This document shows positions 1 to 10,173 of a stretch of DNA of 64,000 bases, one piece after another. The notes under the pieces were generated by a model, which was not told where the DNA came from, did not search any database, and worked only from the letters and a program-made list of their open reading frames with translations. The stretch's first letter is position 1; each line of letters begins with the position of its first letter. A program made the position numbers and the translations under genes. This stretch comes from Xylographa opegraphella (Eukaryota): NCBI GenBank assembly GCA_022813865.1, contig JALDZX010000031.1, positions 62,001 to 126,000 on the forward strand. The letters run 5' to 3'.

Positions 1-2
1 AG

Positions 3-1860
3 ATGAATGGAGATAATTACTATGGCCGACAGGAGGGACTCAAAGCCGATTCCCCACCCCCGTTGAACCAACAACCCACCGCTCCAATGGTCAATGGGAC
101 AGTTGGAGCAGACTCTCTGCCTAGTTTTGCTAGCTTCGATACTAAACAAGCCGGTCGGATGAGCGAGGACGACAGAATTCCTCTGAACAGGAGGACACTG
201 TCCAATCCTAGCACATCCAATGGTACAAGGCCTGGTGATGATGGACTGGACAGATACGGAGCTCCGGTGCGAGGAGGGATGGGGGGGATGCGAGGTAGAG
301 GTGGCAGAATGTATAATGGGCCTCGCGATGAGTTCGGAAATCCCCTTCCACCTTCACCTGCTTTCGGTCCTGGTCCTGGTGGCCGGCGATCCTCAGACGA
401 GCAAGGCATGCGACACCAATATTCGAACGAAACTATGAATTCTCAGACTTCGCGTGGGCGTGGTCGTGGAGGTTATCCACCTCGTGGCTATGGGCGAGGT
501 GGACCCTATGGTGCAAGAGGTGGAGGATTCGGAGGGCGAGGAGGACCGGGAATGTATGGGAACGGTCGTGGTGGAATACCTTTGGGTCAAATGGCTGCTG
601 GTGTGGGGGCAGGTATGGTCGCTGGCGAGATGATGGACCATGACCGGCGAGGTCCCCCGCCTGGGTACGGTAATGGGTATCCACCTCCAGGAAGAGGCGG
701 GATGGGTCGGAACCAGTCACCTGCCGGATATGGACCGCCAGGAGGATATGCTCGAAGACAATCCCCAGGACGACCACCACCTCCAGGCTATGGTCCACCT
801 GGCCAAGGCGTATTTGGATATGGCCGGGATCGATCAGCATCAAATGGACCTCAATACAGACGTGAATCGCCTCCACAAGCATTGAACTTACATCCAGATG
901 AAGCACCAGGTATTGGTCAAGCTGTAGAAATGGATGCTACAACTGGAAGCCCATCTCAATCAGCCGGCTTCCCTGGCCATCCACTTCGTGAAAGCGACAG
1001 CGACGTCCAAGGACTCGTTGGACTACAGCAGAATAGGATTGGTAGTCCATTACGTGACATCCCTATGAGCCCCACAAGCCAATACAGTGCCCCTGGGTAA
1101 GTTCCTCCGCTCGCAGGAGTTTCTCCTCAGCATCGTATGTCTTTGGCTAATTTAATATAGCGAGTATGTTGCACCCCGTGCTGCTTGGGCTGGTGGTCCT
1201 GGCCGTAATGGTACTCCCCCACTCGCTCAACGGCTTAACCAGTCTCCGATAGAACTGACAGCTCGACATTCGCCACCCCAAATCCAAAACCAGCCGCAGA
1301 TGCATTCACCTACCCATGCGCGTATGAACTCTGCCGATAACTACTATGAGGATGTTGATCCACGATTTGCGGAACCACCCACCGACAACCAAACTGTGAT
1401 CCCAGCATTACTCATGCCAGGTCGAACCGATGATCACCCTCCTGCTCATGGAATAGGCATGCAGTACCAACCACAGGAGCAGCAGCCACACCACCTTAGC
1501 GTTGCTCAAAGCCAAGGCCCAAGGCAACACCTCGAACCTACTTCGTCGTACGAGAGTTTTGAAGACTCGCGCTCGCCAGCCGAAAGTGACATGACCAGTA
1601 TCAGTCGGCGGGGAGTGAATCCGGACTGGAAACCAGGGCCCGGTCCAGGACAAGGAGGTTCAGGTGCAGGGGGACCTCCAGGACCCGGAGTTTATGGTGG
1701 CAACAATGGAGCCAATGGTACTTATGTCATAGGTGGAGGCCCCCTACCAAATAGGAGACCCATCGGACAACCACAACGACCGGATGTTCTTGCTGGAAAT
1801 CCAGACTTCGAGCTTGGGCCGAGGCAAGGCACTGGCGTAGCGAGGAGGGGATTGATGTAA
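3..1860 (+). CDS. palI: 3' part of pH-response regulator PalI/Rim9-like protein (long Gly/Pro/Arg-rich cytoplasmic tail); 5' end outside window
   Basis: Starts (E)MNGDNYYGRQ, recalled as the post-TM segment of PalI. RGG/PPGY-rich tail. Intron 1097-1160 (GTAAGT..GCTAAT..TAG) joins in frame to EYVAPRAAW and ORF 1300-1860 with YYEDVDPRF and SDMTSISRRGVNPDW. TM domain not visible in window. Confidence 0.65.
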
Positions 1861-2588
1861 GAGAGGTGAAGCTCGGGAAAACAGGGCCCTCCAGAGAGGT
1901 GTGTGTGTATTAAGTGTGTTCAATTCTTTCAAATATGGGTCGGTTTCATATATCGTATGTCGTGGCTTGTAGTTGGCTATGGCTAACGCTAACAATGCCT
2001 ATCACTCCCGGGCAACCAAATGCGCTCGAGGCAGTATTTTAGGGTTAGGCTCTGCGTGAAAGAGCTAATTGTATATAGATAATAATCTTGATATACTTTG
2101 TCTCGAGAATTCTCGGCATGTTTCACCTTTCAAATCAGAAGTGATGCCCGATAACGGTTATGCAATCATTGAGTTACGTCCCCTTAGTCCTTAGCATTGG
2201 TCAAAGTACTATTATTGGATGACAGTCAGGTAGGTATTTCATCTTGCCAAAGCTCGGAGATCCCTCGCATTGCGCCCAATTAAAGTTTCAATATCGACTT
2301 CCAGTGGTTGGAGTAATTTCTTCGAAATAATGTTACTACCATGACATGAATTCACGCGGTGAAGTCTTCAAGTGAATGACTTCGGGGTTGATTGGAAGGA
2401 TAGTTTCCTCACCTGAGTCAACGAGCTTCATGCTTGCAAGCTCACTACACACGGCCATTCAATCTGGAGACTCAGTAAAAGCACTGAGAACTCTGGAGTG
2501 CTATATTTTCATTCATCATTGCTTGGTATACAACTGTATCTGATCTGTATTAGGATTCAGCTCTCTCACATCCCGAGACATCTTCGAT

Positions 2589-4211
2589 ATGGGTAGTCTT
2601 CAAATGCTATTAAGGAAGCTGGGCCTTGGGAAACATGGTCAGGATACAGCGCAAAGTGTATCATTGCGTCTGGAAATTAGGAAAGCCATCAAGAACTGTG
2701 TCCTACCATCCGAATTCTCCCAGGCTTCCGTTTCCACTATCGCCGAATCATCTCAAGTTGAACGCATGGTAACAGATTATCTTGAGAATTGTGGAGTAAG
2801 AGGAAGAATACGCAGGTCACAGTTTCCTAATCTGTATGGTGCTTTGGTCAGCTACGTTACAGTAGACTGGATGAGGTTGATATCTCTAGTATTATGAGCC
2901 TTATGCGGGAGGCTTTTGCTCGCTAGATTCAGAGTACAATCAACGCTGCCACTCACGGGCCACCTCCCGATACATCCGTATCCAAGCCGCCTTCTACACG
3001 TTTAAACCCTCAAGTTCACGAGAAACATAATATCATCGATCTTCAGGGCTCGGATTCGGATTCGGATTCGGATTCGCATTTGGTTTTGGCCTCGGACCAT
3101 GACACGGAAAACTCCTCCATCAAATCGTCCGAAGAAAATCCATCAGTGGACCAATCAGAAGTGTCCTCACAGTAAAGAAGTACATGACTGTAGTCATAGA
3201 ATTCTGCTAATGGTTCTTTCCAGATCTCCCCTTGCATTCAGACCAATGAAGGCCGTTGTCAATACTCTCCGGCGATGGCGAAAAGAGAATGACGACGACG
3301 TTCCTCCGGGGGCTTCCAAACTTGTATCCAGCGTGCTCAGAAGATCGATTGTTAAGAGAGCACGGATGTGTGATGATCAAGATGTTGAGGTCGCGCGCTT
3401 TAAGATCGATGAAGAGTACATGGGATGGTTTCTGAAAGAGCCGGACGGCATGCTCTTATACGTAAACGTATCTAAGGGCCGTGGACCGGAAGCGGCAGTC
3501 ATGCATCATGCTTGGCTCGGTGATGATCGAGGATTTCCCAACGACCATGTTGCAAAATCATGGGGACGTGCCCAGCCCTTGAAAGATGCTATCCGAATGC
3601 CTGGACCTCAACCAGTCTCACAAGTAACTCATGCAGGTAAGTCTATAGCAGCTTGCAGGATTATCGGGAAACTAACTGATTGAAGCATCGCCCGATCGCC
3701 CTCAAGTATCGCACTCCATTTCTCACCGAGCTAGTACAGGCGTCTCATTCTCTGAGTCAATCGCGGAGGCTAAACCCAGACCCAAAGTGCTGAGCCAAAC
3801 GAAACCCAGACGGAGACTCTCGAGCCAACCTTGAAGAGGAGCCGATCGCCAAGCATTGAGAAAGTAGACGTGCCTTCCAAATGCCCCAAGGAGTCGCAGC
3901 GAAATGTTACCTTCCTATTCTACGTTTGTGATCCCACCCTCGGTGCGATTCCAATGTCGTCTTCAAAATGCAATACCGTCAGCGCATTTTGTGATGCCGC
4001 GTTAACCGCTTTCAATATAATGGCCAAAAGCCGAGAACATGACCCAACGATCGTCGCTCTGCAAATATCCTGGGAACGTGCAAGGACGGCACTTGTCATG
4101 CCATGGAGAGATGCAGAAGCTTTTGAAAGGATCATGAAAGCAATTCGTGAGACAAATATGAAAAATCCCGCGGAGATAACTGTAGAGGTAAGATGTTTTC
4201 TTCAGAATTAG
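2589..4211 (+). CDS. Orphan multi-exon gene A with C-terminal ~98-aa domain shared with the next gene; possible in-frame TAG at 2924-2926
   Basis: Predicted introns 2834-2889 (or 2847-2926), 3172-3223, 3637-3685 and 3706-3779 link ORF fragments 2589, 2927, 3225 and 3780-4211. Contains IIDLQGSDSDSDSDS. C-terminus aligns without gaps to gene B. Confidence 0.55.
3046..3077 (+). repeat. (TCGGAT)n hexamer microsatellite encoding SDSDSDSDS in gene A
   Basis: ggctcggattcggattcggattcggattcgc seen directly. Confidence 0.85.
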
Positions 4212-4753
4212 AGGAGCTACAATGCAATAGACGTTTCCTCTTTTATGCCTTTATGGTCATAGAATCGTGGTCTTGTTTTACCAAAGTCTTCGAAACAATA
4301 AGAAGCGAGCGTCCTCGATGCAGCATTCTGGCTAGCATAATTGAATATCGATTTGAGCCGCTTCTTCTAGACATGCTGATATCAACAAGTTAATGACTCT
4401 TGTTCCAGTGACTACCTTAGTCCTTTCTGGGTGCAAGCTGCCCGAGAAGTGCTGAGCGAGATACGTCTTTACTTTAACACAGTGTGTTTCGTACAGGGTT
4501 CGCGGACTTCGTGACATGGCCTCAATAACACTGGGCCCATCAACACAGTCTGAGATGTGGCCTATGCACGCTACGTATATGTATGTTGAGCTTTTACACC
4601 CTGGACTTCTGGACAGCATGAATATACACCTTGTCATCCGACTCGTTGGGCTCAATACCATAGCTTCAGAATCAACCGGGATTCAATCTATCTAAGTAAT
4701 TATCAAGCCTGCCTTCATACCAATGGGCGGACACCAAAAAAAATATCCTGCAG

Positions 4754-6218
4754 ATGGCTATGGCAACAGCGAACCACCTTAAACAGGGTATCGAGTGGTA
4801 TCTCGATCAACTGCAGCAATCCAAAAGTAACATGTTCAACGGGTTGTCCGAACTTGTTGACCACCATGGAATGACCTCCTTCGATGCTTGGGTCGAGACA
4901 CAGCGCGGGTCTCCGCTTGCTAAATTTCTCCCGGCCGGAAAGCTGAAGAATGTTGTCGAAGACTACCTTCAAAAGGGGGCTGGGGAACTGTTCTGGCCTT
5001 CCCACTCCTTAGATCCATCGTTTAAACAGCTGCAGTGGTCCGCAGAGACTGATAGGATAAAGTAAGAATTATTTATTGGATGGGGTTATGACCGCCAGTG
5101 CTGATTGAGTGATAGAATTACCACACTTGTTCTGGGGTTGACGTGTTTGATAACGTTTCACCGACTGCAAAGCTTTTACAACGCTGCCCCATATGCTCAC
5201 TATGCTCGTCAGTCCGTTGTCACTAATGACAGCGCCACGAGTGGAAATATCAGTGAGAATCAGGTAAATCCGTCGGCGCCTCCTAATGATACACCCGTTC
5301 GCTACGTTTCGCCTTACGCTGAGCGTAACCATCCCGTAACATTGGCCACTGCGGGAAACTCCGTTGTCCAAGGCGAGTACATTACTGATAAACAATCATC
5401 CAATCCACCAAGCACATATTGGGTAGGCGAAACTAGCAATCGACGCTTCTCCGATTTTCCTCCGTATCTCCAAGGGGATAGTCGTCACAAGTACGAAGCC
5501 CGGAGGATGCTACAAATTTCAGAGCTAGCCATGGTATCCTGTACGAGATGTGTCAAGGCTGGTGTGGATTGCTACATGAAATATGGTAGAAAGACTTGCG
5601 TCTACTGCACTGCCCGTGGACTGCGAGTCAGAGATTGCCAGCCGTGCCAGACTAGTGTATATGCTGTTCTCCAAGGTCGATCTGATATGAGGTTAGCACA
5701 AAATCTATTCTGATAGTAGCGTGAACTAAAACCATTGAATTAGCACACTTGATGCCTCACCTATACCGTCTCTGTCGAACATCGGCGAAAGCTTCACCGG
5801 CTCCGATGTTCCCACTAACCATGAACTCCCGAGCCACCCAGACCTACCGGCAAGGCCACGTACGCCAATCAAACAAGAACAAAGCGTACCAAAGATAATC
5901 TTCCTCTTCTTTGCCAGCCATAGCGGAGAGGTCCCGATTGAAGAAACGTTCTCGAGCCACAGCACTATGGATTCCTTCTTCGACGAAGCGTACAAAGTGT
6001 GGCACACCGTCGATCAAAGTTTAGCTGGAGAGCATTCCATGACCGGCGTGGCGGTAAGCTGGGACCAGAATGGTAGTGCTGCTACCATCAAGTGGCGAGA
6101 ACAGTCAGGCTACGATTCGTTGATGTCCCAAGTAATGGGAGCGGTGCCGAACAGGTACGGAGAGGTCATTGTCGAAGTCAAGTGTATCAGCCAAATGTCA
6201 GAGAACGAGGCGGAGTAA
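4754..6218 (+). CDS. Orphan multi-exon gene B with Cys6 (Zn-cluster-like) motif and C-terminal domain shared with gene A
   Basis: Introns 5062-5115 (GTAAGA..GCTGAT..TAG) and 5692-5743 (GTTAGC..TAG) join ORFs 4754, 5105 and 5745-6218 in frame. Motif CTRCVKAGVDCYMKYGRKTCVYCTARGLRVRDC. Start codon uncertain. Confidence 0.6.
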
Positions 6219-7232
6219 GTTGGTCTAGTATCTTCTGATTTTGAGGTACCAATGGATAGAATTTTGCGAGCACAGGGCTTAAGAACCTGACAGGCAAGCG
6301 AGAGTTTGTCGAACAACATCAGAGAGAGATCGAGACTTCTTAGAACTCCACTCTCGAAGATATCGCTGGGGGTGCAGATAAAAAGCTTGGCCTTTGATCG
6401 TTACGATAGGCGATTCGTTTTAGAGGTTTTGCACGTTTGATGACGACTTTGATATTACAAATTTCTCAGATGCTCGTCGTTGCTAGTTTCTGCTCGTGAG
6501 TCGATCAATCATGCCCGGTGCCTGGAAACTACGATATTCTTCCCATATTGCTGCCCTAGTTTATTATCACAGCCTTCGATGCGATATCTCAAGAAAGTAT
6601 TAATATTGTTTCGTTCGATCCTCCTTCACCTCGCATTCCCATTTTTAAGGTAAGCGAGAGCTAATGCCAGCCGCTAACTTGGAACTAAGGGTTTACCCCG
6701 TAAGCTAAGTACTTTCTTATGATCTTTACCGATCTTATAGAACTACAATATATGTGTGAATAAGGTAAGAGACGCAGACTCTCGTTTGTGTACCAAATAA
6801 TCATCATAAAGAACCTACGCGAGCGTAGTTCACTATTCGGCCGTAGCGTTGGAAAGGATGGATGAGGTGGATGTTGAAAACGATCTGCGTTTGGCCAATT
6901 GACGACTTAAGGCATGCATAGATATTATTGGTCTCGTTATTTCGGGTATTTCGAGCACAGGATGCACAGCCGGCGACTCAGATGCAGTTAAAGCGTTGGG
7001 CGTCGGATATTCGAACCTCGATAGCAAGAAGTGATTAAGACCAATCAACCTCGCCGTGGGTGGAATGCGGCATTGGTACCATACAAGATACTCATATAGC
7101 CTATCGAAAAATGTTCATAGAAGCAACTCCGCTAAACAGTCAGTTTGCTACCGCGCGTTAGTCCTTCGCCCTTCTCCATCGTATCTCCAGGCCATGCCTA
7201 TCCAATATCCCCACCATCTTCGCCTCCGCCCC

Positions 7233-8524
7233 TCAAGTCCCCTTCAGCCGCCCCCACTCCGGCCTAGTCTCCACTCCCTCCGCTCCAACCACCTTCCCAC
7301 GGTCCCACTCCCTCCCCTCTCCACTCCCTTTCCATTTCACATCTTCCTCCGTCTTCTCCCCGCCCTTCTCCCACTTTCCTACTTCCTCCTCTGTAAACCC
7401 CGCCGCGCGCAGTCGGTCCGCTCCTTGCTGCTGCCACCGTTGCCGGTCGCGCAGCGCCTCCAGGGCTTGGTCCCAGTCGTTCTCGGAGTCGGAGTTCGGC
7501 CGCACGTCAATTGTCGGGTCGTACGTAGATGAGAAGTGCGCGTCCATTGCTGACGAGGAGGCGAAGGTGCCGCGGCCACGGGGGCGAACTTTCGGTGGAG
7601 GTGGAGGTGGAGCGGGTCCGAGTATAGTTTCAAGGGGGTCGGAATCTGTGTCGTTGGGATTGCTGGGTGACTTTGAAGCTAGGATTGGAGAAGATGCCTT
7701 GGCGGTCTTAACAAGCATTTTGGAATCTGGGGCTGGTGAGCGGGAGGTTTTCCTTCGATGTGGTCTTCGTTTCTCGTAAACCCGATCCCGATCTCGGTCT
7801 CGGGATCGACTTCGTCGTCTGCGTCTGTCTTTATCTCTGTCTCGGTCCTTGTGATGCCGGGAGCGGTCCGCTGACTGGTCCGCGCTGCTACTTCTACTAC
7901 GGCTACGACGGCTTCGATGATGGTGCCGCCGGCGCCTATGGCGTGTGGAGGGCTCAGAGTCGCTGCGTTCAGCTTCGGAGGATATATCTCGACGATGCCG
8001 CGGCCTCTCGTTCTCCGAATGATATCTCTCCTTTGCACGAGTAGAAGTTTGTAGGCTTGTTGGATCGCGTCGGTGATTTCGCCTATGTCTTGATTCGATT
8101 TCTTCATCTAGTCGTCTTCGTTTCTGCCGCCCTTCATCCACGACATGGGTATCCTCGTAGCGGAACAGCCTTCCCTCCCGCGAATTGTCCCGTTTCCTGT
8201 CTCTTGAGTTACGTTGAGCATCTCCGACGCTCTGAAGTCTCCTTAATCGTAATTTTGCTTCCTCTGTCTCCTTAGACTTCAAGGCCGCGTTGTGGCTGTC
8301 GGTTTCGCGGATGATATTCTTTAGGAATCGGGTGTTAGGGCGGGGCGCATTGGTGGTAGGTCTGGACGGAGTCAGCACTCGCAAAGTTCCGTATTGCGGC
8401 ATACGGACCGTTTCGGCAAAAGCCCTTGAATGCCTAGGGTATTGTATTTCATGTTAGTATCTTTCGCATCTTTGCTCATGAGCTTCGCGATGTACTCATC
8501 GGACATGTAGTCTTCCGAGGGCAT
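7233..8524 (-). CDS. Conserved fungal RS/RD-rich nuclear protein (often auto-annotated as splicing-factor-like)
   Basis: ATG 8524 (MPSEDYMSDEYIAKLMSKDAK); intron 8362-8408 joins to PTTNAPRPNTRFLKNIIRETDSHN; RSR/RD tracts; C-terminal WDQALEALRDRQRW..GEGREWDRGK. Confidence 0.8.
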
Positions 8525-8794
8525 TGTGATTCTTCCCCGATAAGTAAGACAAAATTAGCAACTCTGGTGAGAGATCATGCCATACTTTGTCCGCTTCAGA
8601 TCCTTAGACTGCCAAAATGATTCCGCCCATGCTGCTGTTCATGGGATGACTGTCTGGATCGTGATGAAGTGACGTCGGCTTACCCCGGATTTAAAGTCAG
8701 ATCTCGCTTCTGACGCCTCGTAAGGCGCTCAATGTAAACACAGGGCAAATGCCCACGAGACACGCTGTCTCAACTCACTTCCTCGGGAGAAGCA

Positions 8795-9754
8795 ATGCCT
8801 CAATCATATGAGGATATTCTCTACACGCTCTCTGAGCTACAGAGCCGAGAGCTATCTATCATTCGTCTCAGTGAGCCCATTTCTGCTGCGTATGCGCCTG
8901 GCGCGCCGAAGCGGACTTCTGATGTCTCCTCCGATGCCTTCGAGAACCCTTCACCTGCCAGTCTAGCCGCTGATCTGGGTCACTATAAAGTGTGAATATC
9001 TGTAAACCACTTTGACCAGACGCGAATGCTGATCTACTCTAAAGGAGCTCTTCTCCAAACTCCGCTTCTCCTACCTCGAGCAGGTGACGAAGGAGAAGTT
9101 CCTCCGTGCTATAGTCGGTGATCCACCGCAGATCATTGAGCAAAAAGAGAACGTGGAGTTGGAAGCGCAGCTGGTGGCTGTAAAAGCAGACCTCAAGGTA
9201 CAGAAGGCGGACGTTGCGAGTATGGTGGAGGAGCTGGAAGCTCGAGGACGAGATTTAAGCCGGCGTGCGTGCTCGACCAACCCTGCCGCCTTTGCTGGTC
9301 TAAGTTATCGCTGACGTGTTCGATAGGCTACGAGAATATATCGCTGCAGACCGCCCAGCTCTCCGCCCTTCCAGCTCAGATTTCCTCTCTGCAAGATATT
9401 CTTGTCGACCTCCGGGCCCGACAGACCAAGCCATCGAACAATCCTTCTCTGTCCTTGCCTCTTCCAGCTACTCTCGAATTAGTCACCACTCGACAAGCCG
9501 AGTTGGATGAGTTGAACAAGCAGCTCAGGAGCCTGCAGCAGTTCCTACCGCGAAAGACGAGGGAACTTGAACTACTGGAGAAAGAGTTGAAACCCTTGGA
9601 AGTGCAGAAGGCAGCAACCGTAGCGGCAGCACAGGAGGCGATGAGAAGGAAAGATGAGGCTGAGAGAGGGTTCGGTGATGAGTTGGAGCTCAAAGGGAGG
9701 TGGTATAGGAGCGTGGAAACCGGATTGACAGAGATGCTGGGTGTTGAGGTTTGA
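8795..9754 (+). CDS. sos7: Kinetochore protein Sos7 (Kre28/Zwint-like, Spc7/KNL1 partner)
   Basis: Introns 8990-9044 and 9265-9326; signature DLGHYKELFSKLRFSYLEQVTKEKFLRAIVGDPP followed by coiled coil. Confidence 0.85.
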
Positions 9755-10173
9755 TGTAGGAACTTTGGGAGGGGCATTCCAGGTGGGGCGTCGGCGAATT
9801 TTTGATATACCCGGACATAATGGCGTGGCGCATCATATGGGATGTGGGGCTCTCGCAGCTTGAGTACGCGATTTCTGGGGAATCTGTTATATATGCACTT
9901 TGTGATGCCTCTGAATTTGGACACAAGAGAACGGTGGCTGAGCTAGAAGACCACTTTGTTTTGGGCATGATACCAAAATCATCGCAGTAGCACTATATTC
10001 GTTCGGCTGAATAGAGGGGTATTGAGTATATTCATCGACATGTAGAGCCAAAGGTCCTTTCCGTGACTATAATTATATTTACAGAAACATTGTAGCAACT
10101 GCACGCAGCAGGGTATCCTATGAAATCACAAAAGAAGAACGCAAGAGACGCATGAACGACGAGAATCTTCCCA

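Noticed and set aside
2039..2048. TTAGGGTTAG (reverse CTAACCCTAA, telomere/telomerase-template-like)
   Set aside because: Under two repeat units; a minus-strand telomerase RNA here would run into palI coding sequence; plausible by chance
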